Under the pieces are notes generated by a model. That model searched no databases and was not told the origin of the DNA. It was given only the letters and a program-made list of their open reading frames with translations. Position numbers and translations under genes: made by a program. A stretch of 56,939 bases of DNA, taken from an uncultured Verrucomicrobiota bacterium (GTDB lineage Bacteria > Verrucomicrobiota > Kiritimatiellia > CAIQIC01 > GWF2-57-35). Where the stretch lies: positions 1-56,939 of the forward strand of contig CAZFSE010000003.1 in assembly GCA_964521805.1 (NCBI GenBank), read 5' to 3'. Shown here piece by piece: positions 27,057 through 34,440 of the stretch; positions within the stretch are counted from its first letter, which is position 1; each line of letters begins with the position of its first letter.

Positions 27057-27218
27057 CTCCTTTGTGATGCCGGGAGGCTATTGGAATGCCCGTCTGTAAT
27101 CAACCACGAAAGAGGACGCTGTGGATGAATGGATGATAGACTTTGCCTCGCGCCAATACTGTGTATATTAACAGCCGTGCAATGGGCATCGTGCTGAGGT
27201 AAAGCCCATCAACAGGGA

Positions 27219-28099
27219 ATGTGGAGTATGTCAATGCTTGGAAGTTTTATTCTCCGGTTTTCCCGGGATTGGAAAATCCGCCTGGCCCGCGCGATCGTTT
27301 TTTTGGCCGCCACCGCAAGCCTTGCTTCGGGCGCGGATTTCATCGTCGCGCTGAATGGCGATGATGCATGGTCCGGGACAAAGCCGGAACCGGCGGCTGA
27401 TCGGGCGGACGGGCCGTTCCGCACCGTCCATCGCGCCGCGCAGGCGGTGCGAGGGCAAAAGGCAGAACAGCCGGATCGAAGAACCCCCATCATCGTGCAG
27501 ATTCGGGAAGGCACATATTTCCTCGAGCGGCCCTTGGTGCTGGGGCCGGAGGACTCTGGTACAACGGAGGTGCCGGGGGGACCGTCCGGGTGGTCACGGG
27601 CAACGCGGCCGGCGGGAGCCAGTCACTGAGGCTTGTGGAAGGAAGCCCGGGCGGACAAGGATTTACCCCTCATCTCTGCACGTATACTGTGCGCTACGAG
27701 AGAGGGCTGATACGAGGGAGTTTTGCCGTTCGGACCAAGCCTGGCGCGCATGTAAACGTGGAGTGGAGAGACGGCTCACTTTCCGGGGATCAGTACGTGA
27801 CCGGACCGGCGGTAGATATCATGCCGGACGGCATGCTGAGGGCGTCGGGGCGCGAGTTGATGAGGCTGAGACAGGGCCCGTGGTATCGGATTGAGATCGA
27901 ATGCGGCATCGGTGGCCGCCGGACCGGGACCTACACTCTTCGCGTCCGCCCTGCCGGAGAAGGCAAGTTCCGCGTGTTTGACGACCTGCCTCTTTCTGAG
28001 AAGTTCCGTGTGATGACGTGGATAGGATTTAGTTCGTACGGCACGAGGGGTTCCACATACTACCTCGACGACCTGAAGTTGCGCTGTGATGGGCTGTAG
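27219..28099 (+). pseudogene. Probable frameshifted gene: beta-helix N-cap-like N terminus (27219..27629) plus a C-terminal jelly-roll-like domain in another frame (to 28099)
   Basis: The frame-0 ORF has a signal peptide and ADFIVALNGDDAWSGT...IIVQIREGTYFLERPLVLGPEDSGT, then ends soon after a G6 run (27575..27580). Reading a -1 shift at that run continues GGTVRVVTGNAAGG...YYLDDLKLRCDGL to 28099. Confidence 0.45.
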
Positions 28100-28510
28100 C
28101 ATCAGCCATTGAGGGGACCCCTTCCCTCCTTCCCCACTCTTCGTGGCCTGGGCAACCTCAAGGCACGTCCCGTTTCTTCGGCGATTCATCCTCCCACACC
28201 TCGGGATACAGCCGTTTCATGCATGCGGGGCAGAAGACTTTTTTTTGCTGGCCTTCTGGTGTGCTTTTTGTGGCCATTTAATCTTCCTGCCCGTTCTTCA
28301 TCCGCGGGACGCCTCTGGCATCCGTGGGGTGTACAAGGCCGGGGCCACTTGCAGGAAGGCAATAGACGAGGCAACTTCCCGCTAACTCGCCTGTCACTTG
28401 TCAGAAAAAAGAAAACGGCGGATAGTCCGTACCGTCCGTCCAATTTTGGATCTGGTTTTGCCGGCGGCCTTTTGCATTGCGCTCCGGGCCTCATGTGCTA
28501 GATTCGCCCC

Positions 28511-30265
28511 ATGAATATTTTCTGGCTGATCGGAGTGGCTCTGCCGGTTTATTTTTTGGCGTACCGGTTTTATTCCCGCTGGATTCAGCGCGCCTTAAGC
28601 GGAGAGCAGGAGGAAGTCGCCCCTTCCATCGCCCTGGAAGACGGCGTGGATTACGTCCCGAGCAAGACGCCCGTGGTGTTCAGTCATCACTTTGCCTCCA
28701 TCGCGGGCGCCGGCCCCATCGTGGGGCCCACGGTGGCCATGATCTACGGCTACGCGCCCGCCTGGCTCTGGATCGTGCTGGGCGCGGTGTTTATTGGCGC
28801 GGTGCAGGACTTCAGCAGTCTGTTTATCAGCATGCGTGAACAAGGGCATTCCATGGCCCAGGTCGCGCATCGGACCCTGGGAAAAACCGGCTTCTTTCTA
28901 GTGGTCGCCTTCTCCATCATCATGTTGCTGTTGTTGACCTCCGCCTTCTTGGGGCTGAGCGCCACGGCGCTGACCTCAATGGTGCCCCTTTCGCATCTGC
29001 ACATTCAGGAGTCACAAACCATCCTGGACGTCATCACGGGTGCGGATGGAATCCCCCGCGCCAAGATCGGCGGCATTGCCTCCATGTCATTGATCATCAT
29101 CACCTTCTGTGCCCCGTTGATGGGCTGGCTGGTCTTCAAGCGCGGCATTCGCATCTGGTTTATGGCGCCCCTGTCGTTCGCGATCTGTGCCTTCTCCATC
29201 GTTTTTGGGATGGCGAACCCCCTCTCCCTTCAGCCTCGAACCTGGATGGTGGCGCTGACCCTCTACGTCATTCTGGCCTCCGGCCTGCCGGTCTGGAGCC
29301 TTCTCCAGCCTCGGGATTTCATCAACTCCTTCCTGCTCTATTTCGGCATGGCCCTGCTGGGCGCCGGCGTCCTGGTGGGCGGACTGCTGGGCATTCCCCT
29401 TCTGTTCCCCGCGTTCGATCTGTCCGCTGGCCGGCAGGCGCTCGGAAGCGTCTGGCCTTTTTTATTCATCACGGTGGCGTGCGGCGCCATCTCGGGCTTT
29501 CATGCCATGGTGACCGGGGGCACCACCTCCAAGCAACTCAACCATGAGCGCCATGCCCGCTGGGTCGGCTATGGCGGCATGCTGATGGAGGGCGTGCTGG
29601 CCCTGCTGGTGGTCATTGCGATTGGCTCCGGCCTGACGATGGATCAATTCAAAGGCCTGGTGTTCCCGACGGCGGCGGGGGTGGGAAGCAATCCCGTGCT
29701 GGCCTTTGCCCTGGGCATGGGGCATCTGGTCTTCAAAGCCCTGGACATCCCCATGGAATATGGCGTGATTTTTGGGATGCTGATGGTCGAGGGGTTCATC
29801 GTCACCACACTCGACACCGCCGCCCGCCTGAACCGCTACCTGCTGGAGGAGCTGTGGACGGCGCTATGGCCCCGCCCGCCCGCCTGGCTGAAGAGCCATC
29901 TTTTCAACTCCACCCTCGTGGCGGTCTTGATGTTTCTGTTGTGCATCAGCAACACCTTCAAATACATCTGGCCGATCTTTGGAAGCGCGAACCAGCTGAT
30001 GGCGGCCCTGACCATGATTGTGGTGGCGGTCTGGCTCTCCGCCCGCTCACGCCCCTCGTGGTTTGCGGTCTGGCCCGCCCTGTTCATGATGGCGACTACC
30101 CTGGTCTCCCTCTGGAAACTGCTGTTTGAGCAGTATCTTCCCAAGCGAAACATCCCCCTCACCCTCACCAGCGTATTGTTGATGCTCCTGGCCCTGGGGG
30201 TCATTGTTTTGGCCGTCCGGCGCTTGTGGAAACGTCCGGCAAGATCAGACCCCAGCCGGGAATAA
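28511..30265 (+). CDS. cstA: Carbon starvation protein A family transporter
   Basis: 584 aa, polytopic. CstA signature HFASIAGAGPIVGP, plus ISGFHAMVTGGTTSKQ. Confidence 0.9.
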   Translation: MNIFWLIGVALPVYFLAYRFYSRWIQRALSGEQEEVAPSIALEDGVDYVPSKTPVVFSHHFASIAGAGPIVGPTVAMIYGYAPAWLWIVLGAVFIGAVQDFSSLFISMREQGHSMAQVAHRTLGKTGFFLVVAFSIIMLLLLTSAFLGLSATALTSMVPLSHLHIQESQTILDVITGADGIPRAKIGGIASMSLIIITFCAPLMGWLVFKRGIRIWFMAPLSFAICAFSIVFGMANPLSLQPRTWMVALTLYVILASGLPVWSLLQPRDFINSFLLYFGMALLGAGVLVGGLLGIPLLFPAFDLSAGRQALGSVWPFLFITVACGAISGFHAMVTGGTTSKQLNHERHARWVGYGGMLMEGVLALLVVIAIGSGLTMDQFKGLVFPTAAGVGSNPVLAFALGMGHLVFKALDIPMEYGVIFGMLMVEGFIVTTLDTAARLNRYLLEELWTALWPRPPAWLKSHLFNSTLVAVLMFLLCISNTFKYIWPIFGSANQLMAALTMIVVAVWLSARSRPSWFAVWPALFMMATTLVSLWKLLFEQYLPKRNIPLTLTSVLLMLLALGVIVLAVRRLWKRPARSDPSRE

Positions 30266-30283
30266 TGCAGGACGGTCCCCGGT

Positions 30284-30913
30284 TCAGCGCCGGATTCTGG
30301 CCGCCGCCTTGCGCTGATGATAAGGCGCCGGATGCGCCTGGGAGAGGTCGGCAAGGGTCACGCCGTCCCAGCCCGGCTGGGCAAGAAAATGCTCCAGCAC
30401 AACGGCACAGGCGAAGGCATCGTACAGCGCATCGTGGGCCGCGCGCCCGGGGCACAGCTCGCAAACCCGCGCCCCCAGCCGAAGGGTTTCCACCACATCT
30501 TCCAGCGTATGCGAAACCCATCCGGGATATACCCAGCGCGCCAGCTTCAGGGTGTCCACCCAAGGCCCCAGCCGGTGCAGGGGCGAGGTCTTGCGGAGGA
30601 TGGATTTCTCGGTGCCGATATTGTGCGCCGCCAGCGGCACGCCCGCCACCCAGGGCTCAACGGTGGGCCAAATCTCCGCCAGCCGGGGGGCCCGCGCGAT
30701 CTCTGCGCGCCGCTGATGATGCAATCCCGGCGCATGCGGATTGAACGGGCGTTCGCCCACGTACAGCAGGCTTTCAAAGCAGGGCGAGGCCGCCACCCGG
30801 CCCCGCTCCAGGCGGACCATCCCAATCTGCCAGGGTTCGCTGGGGAGCCGCGCCACCGTGCCGGTGGTCTCAAAATCCAGGACCGTAATGGAGGTTTCGC
30901 GCGCGAGCATCAT
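30284..30913 (-). CDS. DnaQ-like DEDDh 3'-5' exonuclease
   Basis: Exo I: VLDFETTG. Exo II: AHNIGTEKSIL. Exo III: HDALYDAFACAVV. The start MMLARETS at 30913 leaves an 11-nt gap to the upstream gene, so I prefer it over 30967. Confidence 0.8.
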   Translation of the reverse strand: MMLARETSITVLDFETTGTVARLPSEPWQIGMVRLERGRVAASPCFESLLYVGERPFNPHAPGLHHQRRAEIARAPRLAEIWPTVEPWVAGVPLAAHNIGTEKSILRKTSPLHRLGPWVDTLKLARWVYPGWVSHTLEDVVETLRLGARVCELCPGRAAHDALYDAFACAVVLEHFLAQPGWDGVTLADLSQAHPAPYHQRKAAARIRR

Positions 30914-30924
30914 CCGGCTCCCGC

Positions 30925-31296
30925 TCAGCCCTTCACCGGAACGGGCCGGCCCTTGCCATCCACACACACCATGACCACGCCGCCATCAAACGAAAGCCGC
31001 CCCTTGCCGCGGCAGTGGCCGCACCGGACGTACATCTTGACGCGCACCGTGACCGAGGTGTTCCCGATCTTTTCCACGCCAAAGGCAAATTCCAGCAAAT
31101 CGCCCAGCCGGGCCGGCGCCATGAACTCGGCGTGCTGGATCGCCCGCGTTACAAAGTTCCGCCCCGGCAGGGTCCGCACGCAGGCGATACAGGCCAGCTC
31201 GTCAATCACGGCCAGCACATGCCCGCCAAACAAGTAGCCATGCTGGTTCAGGTGCTCCTGCCGCACAATCACATGATGGCCGAACAGCTTGCTCAT
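30925..31296 (-). CDS. Hotdog-fold acyl-CoA thioesterase (YciA-like)
   Basis: 123 aa from the ATG at 31296: MSKLFGHHVIVRQEHLNQHGYLFGGHVLAVIDELACIA...GNTSVTVRVKMYV. The track ORF extension to 31407 runs through the palindromic repeats and is not protein-like. Confidence 0.75.
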   Translation of the reverse strand: MSKLFGHHVIVRQEHLNQHGYLFGGHVLAVIDELACIACVRTLPGRNFVTRAIQHAEFMAPARLGDLLEFAFGVEKIGNTSVTVRVKMYVRCGHCRGKGRLSFDGGVVMVCVDGKGRPVPVKG

Positions 31297-31322
31297 GGTG
31301 TCATCCTTCGCCGGAAAAAATG

Positions 31323-31369
31323 TTCCAACCCTTGGAAACTTTTTTTGCCCATTTTTCCAACCCTTGGAA
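31323..31369. promoter_or_regulatory. Two identical 15-bp palindromes TTCCAA-CCC-TTGGAA, 32 bp apart, in the rsfS-thioesterase intergenic gap
   Basis: Copies at 31323..31337 and 31355..31369 (16 nt identical, including the trailing A). Their centres lie 34 and 66 nt upstream of the thioesterase ATG. The operator function is inferred. Confidence 0.45.
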
Positions 31370-31396
31370 AAAAAGTGATGGCAGGCCCGGGCCCGC

Positions 31397-31738
31397 CTAT
31401 TCCACAACGCGCGCGTCGCTCCAGAGCCGTTCCAGCTCGTAGTATTTCCGGGTCTCCGTCGAAAAGACGTGGATCACCACATCGGTGTAGTCGCTGACCA
31501 TCCATTCGCTTTCGGGGGTGCCGGCGCGGCGGTAATGCCGGACGCCTTTCTTGCGCAGGACCTCCTCCGCCACATCCAGCAGGGCCCTGATCTGTGGCGC
31601 ATTGCGCCCGGTGGCCAGCACGTAGTAATCGGTCACGCTGGAGAGCTTGCGCACATCCAAAATGATGACATCCTCGCCTTTTTTGGAGAGCAGAGCCTCC
31701 CGGGCGAGCTGGGCAATTTGTAGAGCTTCGATCTTCAC
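31397..31738 (-). CDS. rsfS: Ribosome silencing factor RsfS (iojap family)
   Basis: GEDVIILDVRKLSSVTDYYVLATGRNAPQIRAL...WMVSDYTDVVIHVFSTETRKYYELERLW. Confidence 0.9.
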   Translation of the reverse strand: MKIEALQIAQLAREALLSKKGEDVIILDVRKLSSVTDYYVLATGRNAPQIRALLDVAEEVLRKKGVRHYRRAGTPESEWMVSDYTDVVIHVFSTETRKYYELERLWSDARVVE

Positions 31739-32361
31739 GTTCCTCCCGTTTTGTACAACTGATGATGGACGATATACGTTTCAACGGAAAAGGGAACAAA
31801 ATAGCGCAGGCTCAAGCCTTGGGCCGCTCGCCGCCGGATGTCGGTGGCGGAAATCTCAATCTGGTGCCCTGGGAAAATATTCCGGAGCAATTTCTCCGGC
31901 CAGGGGGCGGGCAGGCGCAAGGTTTCCGGACGTGGCGCCGGCTCAAAGCCGGGGCGGCGCAGGGTGGCGATCTCGCACAGTTCCAGCAGGGCGTCCATCT
32001 CCCTCCAGGTGTGCAACTCCAGCAGGCTGTCGCCACCGATGATGAAAACGTAGCGCGCGGAGGGATTCATGGCGCGCAATTGGCGCAGGGTGTCAATCGT
32101 GTAGGAGGTGCCTCCCCGCTCGATTTCCAGGGTCGAAACCACCAGGCACGGGTTGTCCTTCACGGCCAACTGCAACATGGCCACGCGGTGCGCGGCAGAC
32201 GCCAGGAACCCGGCCGGCTTGTGCGGAGGGTTGGCGCAGGGCATGAGCAGGACTTTTTTCAGGGCGAAATGCTCCAGCGCATCCTGCGCCAGGATCAAGT
32301 GGCCGGTATGCACAGGATTAAAGCTCCCCCCCAGCACTCCAATTTTTTCCGTCACGTGCAT
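31735..32361 (-). CDS. nadD: Nicotinate-nucleotide adenylyltransferase
   Basis: GVLGGSFNPVHTGHLILAQDA (HxGH motif) and ISATDIRRR. There is a 4-nt overlap with rsfS, the usual nadD-rsfS arrangement. Confidence 0.9.
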   Translation of the reverse strand: MHVTEKIGVLGGSFNPVHTGHLILAQDALEHFALKKVLLMPCANPPHKPAGFLASAAHRVAMLQLAVKDNPCLVVSTLEIERGGTSYTIDTLRQLRAMNPSARYVFIIGGDSLLELHTWREMDALLELCEIATLRRPGFEPAPRPETLRLPAPWPEKLLRNIFPGHQIEISATDIRRRAAQGLSLRYFVPFSVETYIVHHQLYKTGGT

Positions 32362-32556
32362 CCTCTGTGTTATAGCATTTTTTTAATCATAAGCCATTCC
32401 AGGATGAGCGCAATGCCGAATTCCATCCTGCGCCCTTCTGCAAGGAGCAACCGGTTCCCATCCCTGCAATCAATGCGCATTCAGTTCTGTCTGTTGATAT
32501 TTTTAACAAAGAGTATTGCGTTGCACCGCACTTAACCGTACTCTAAACCGGTTACT

Positions 32557-33639
32557 ATGAATACACCAAATTTTATGAATCAGCGCCGTATTACGGTCAA
32601 TGACGTCTGCCGGGAAGTGGGCCTTTCCAAGGCCACGATTTCCCGCGTCGTCAACAATATGCCGGGCGTCAGCGAAACGACCCGCAAGATGGTGCTCGCG
32701 GCCATGAAGAAACTCAATTACACCCCGCTGGCCACAGCCCGCGATCTCTCCCGCTCCAAGCGCAACACCATTGGCGTGATTTTTCAGGATTTAACGGCCG
32801 GCTTTCTCCTGAACGTCTTCCGCGGGGTCATGAACGTGGCCACCCGCGCCAACTACAATGTGATGACCACCATCTCCACGGCGGCCGGTGATGAATTCGA
32901 GTTGCCCCGCAAGCTCCTGGCAGAGGGCCGCATTGATGGCCTGATCTGGCTGGACCCGCGCCTCTCCAAGGAGACCATTGACACCATCAAATACCAGGGC
33001 ATTCCAATTGTCCTGATTCAAAAATCCATTGATGAACCCGACATCAACAGCGTCTCCATCGAAAACACGCATGGCGCTTATGTGGCGGCCAGCCACCTGC
33101 TCAACCTCGGCTACCGCCGCCTGTTATTGGTCACCGGCCCACAGGTCAACACCGATTCCCATCAGCGATTGCAGGGTGTCCGGCAGGCACTCCAGGAAAA
33201 AGGCCTTGAATTATCCCCCAGCCAGATGATCTGTGGCGAGCACGTGGGCATCCACGCCATCAAGGCCCTCAAGCGGTATCTGGAAACCGGCAACCCCATG
33301 CCCGAGGCCATTTTTTGCTTTAATGACGACATGGCCATCGCCATTCAGCACTGGCTCAAGAACCAGGGCATCAAGGTTCCACAGGATGTCGCCATCATGG
33401 GCTTTGACGGCGTCGAAGACGCCGAATATGTCGGACTCACCACCGTCGCCACGCCGATGTTCGAAGCGGGTGTCATGGCCGCCCAAAACCTGCTGGATAT
33501 TCTTTCCGACACCACCGGAGATCGAAAGCCCCGCCAAATCATGCTGAAGGGCACCCTCTGCATCCGTGAGTCGTGCGGCGCGCGCCTGCGGGGAAAAACC
33601 GCGACCGCAGAACCCGCCGCGCTCAGTCTGCCATCATGA
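32557..33639 (+). CDS. LacI-family transcriptional regulator
   Basis: HTH ITVNDVCREVGLSKATISRVVNNMPGVSETTRKMVLAAMKKLNYTPL plus a sugar-binding fold. Confidence 0.9.
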   Translation: MNTPNFMNQRRITVNDVCREVGLSKATISRVVNNMPGVSETTRKMVLAAMKKLNYTPLATARDLSRSKRNTIGVIFQDLTAGFLLNVFRGVMNVATRANYNVMTTISTAAGDEFELPRKLLAEGRIDGLIWLDPRLSKETIDTIKYQGIPIVLIQKSIDEPDINSVSIENTHGAYVAASHLLNLGYRRLLLVTGPQVNTDSHQRLQGVRQALQEKGLELSPSQMICGEHVGIHAIKALKRYLETGNPMPEAIFCFNDDMAIAIQHWLKNQGIKVPQDVAIMGFDGVEDAEYVGLTTVATPMFEAGVMAAQNLLDILSDTTGDRKPRQIMLKGTLCIRESCGARLRGKTATAEPAALSLPS

Positions 33640-34430
33640 AGCGGAACTTCGCGCTTATCGTCCTTTTCATGGCGGCCTTTTGCTGGCTGGCGCCTTCGTC
33701 GTTCGCGGAACAAGACGAAGGGTTTTCCTTTGTCCAGATCACGGACCTTCATTTCGGCGAGCCAGCCAACGAAACGCGCACGCGCCGGGTGGTGGACGCC
33801 ATCAACGCCCTGCCCCTGCCCGTGGAGTTTGTCGCCGTCACCGGCGACCTCAGCAATGATCTGACGGATGACGGCCACACGCTCACAAACGTACTGGCGA
33901 TTCTGAGCCGCCTGCGCGCACCGGTGCATTTCGTGGCGGGAAACCACGACATCCTGCGCAAACGCATGGCGCCTACGCTGGCAGTGTATACCAACCTGGT
34001 GGGGCCGCTCTGCCAGGCCCTGGAAGTCCGGGGCGTGAACTGTGTCTTTGTCTATACCGAACCACTGCGCAAGGACTTCCATATCGCGGGCTATGATCCC
34101 CTCGCCTGTCTGGAGGAACACTTGCGCGCGGCGGGAGGCAAGCCCTCCATCGTCTTCACCCATGCGCCCAGCACGGGCGATTTCTATGGCAACCGCATGC
34201 ACAAGGGCTGGCCGGAGGAAAACACGGCGCTCTGGCAAGCCTTGCTGAACCGGCATGACGTGCGGGGCGTGCTCACGGGGCATTTCCACCGCGACGAACT
34301 CCACTGGCTGGGCAACGTGCCGCTCTTTGTCTGCGCGCCCATTTCCAAGGAGTACGGACGGGTGCTCACGTACCGGATCTATGAGTTCCGCAACGGACGC
34401 CTCGGCTACCGCACCCAGTACGTGGATTGA
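33636..34430 (+). CDS. Secreted calcineurin-like metallophosphoesterase
   Basis: Start MKRNFALIVLFMAAFCWLAPSSFA (signal peptide), with an ATGA overlap to the LacI stop. Motifs: QITDLHFG, VTGDLSND, GNHD, TGHFH. Confidence 0.8.
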   Translation: MKRNFALIVLFMAAFCWLAPSSFAEQDEGFSFVQITDLHFGEPANETRTRRVVDAINALPLPVEFVAVTGDLSNDLTDDGHTLTNVLAILSRLRAPVHFVAGNHDILRKRMAPTLAVYTNLVGPLCQALEVRGVNCVFVYTEPLRKDFHIAGYDPLACLEEHLRAAGGKPSIVFTHAPSTGDFYGNRMHKGWPEENTALWQALLNRHDVRGVLTGHFHRDELHWLGNVPLFVCAPISKEYGRVLTYRIYEFRNGRLGYRTQYVD

Positions 34431-34440
34431 TACGGCGCCC

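Noticed and set aside
27355-27894. The third-frame ORF 27355..27894(+), 179 aa, lies across the frameshifted gene.
   Set aside because: It has an Arg/Gly-rich, shadow-ORF composition. The other two frames carry the protein-like N- and C-terminal segments.
28100-28510. I considered small ORFs or a structured leader in the 410-nt region upstream of cstA. These include 28109..28501+, 28143..28385+, 28186..28494- and a hand-found 39-codon minus-strand ORF encoding ...KKVFCPACMKRLYPEVWEDE...
   Set aside because: There are no recognisable motifs (a single CxxC only), no clear RBS or start context, and no convincing conserved-looking structure. I left it as an unexplained long 5' region rather than a feature.
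31323-31369. I considered whether the twin TTCCAACCCTTGGAA palindromes are the intrinsic terminator(s) of rsfS.
   Set aside because: On the transcribed minus strand the 6-bp stems are followed by A-rich, not U-rich, sequence. The T tract follows copy 1 only on the plus strand, where no upstream gene exists. An operator interpretation is preferred.
32530-32556. I considered AAACCGGTT (core 8-bp palindrome AACCGGTT) just upstream of the second LacI gene, and TGCAACCGCTCACA near 22400, as LacI-family operators.
   Set aside because: Only short or imperfect symmetry is present (8-bp core; 3 of 6 matching half-site positions for the second). This is too weak to call without a regulon-wide motif search.
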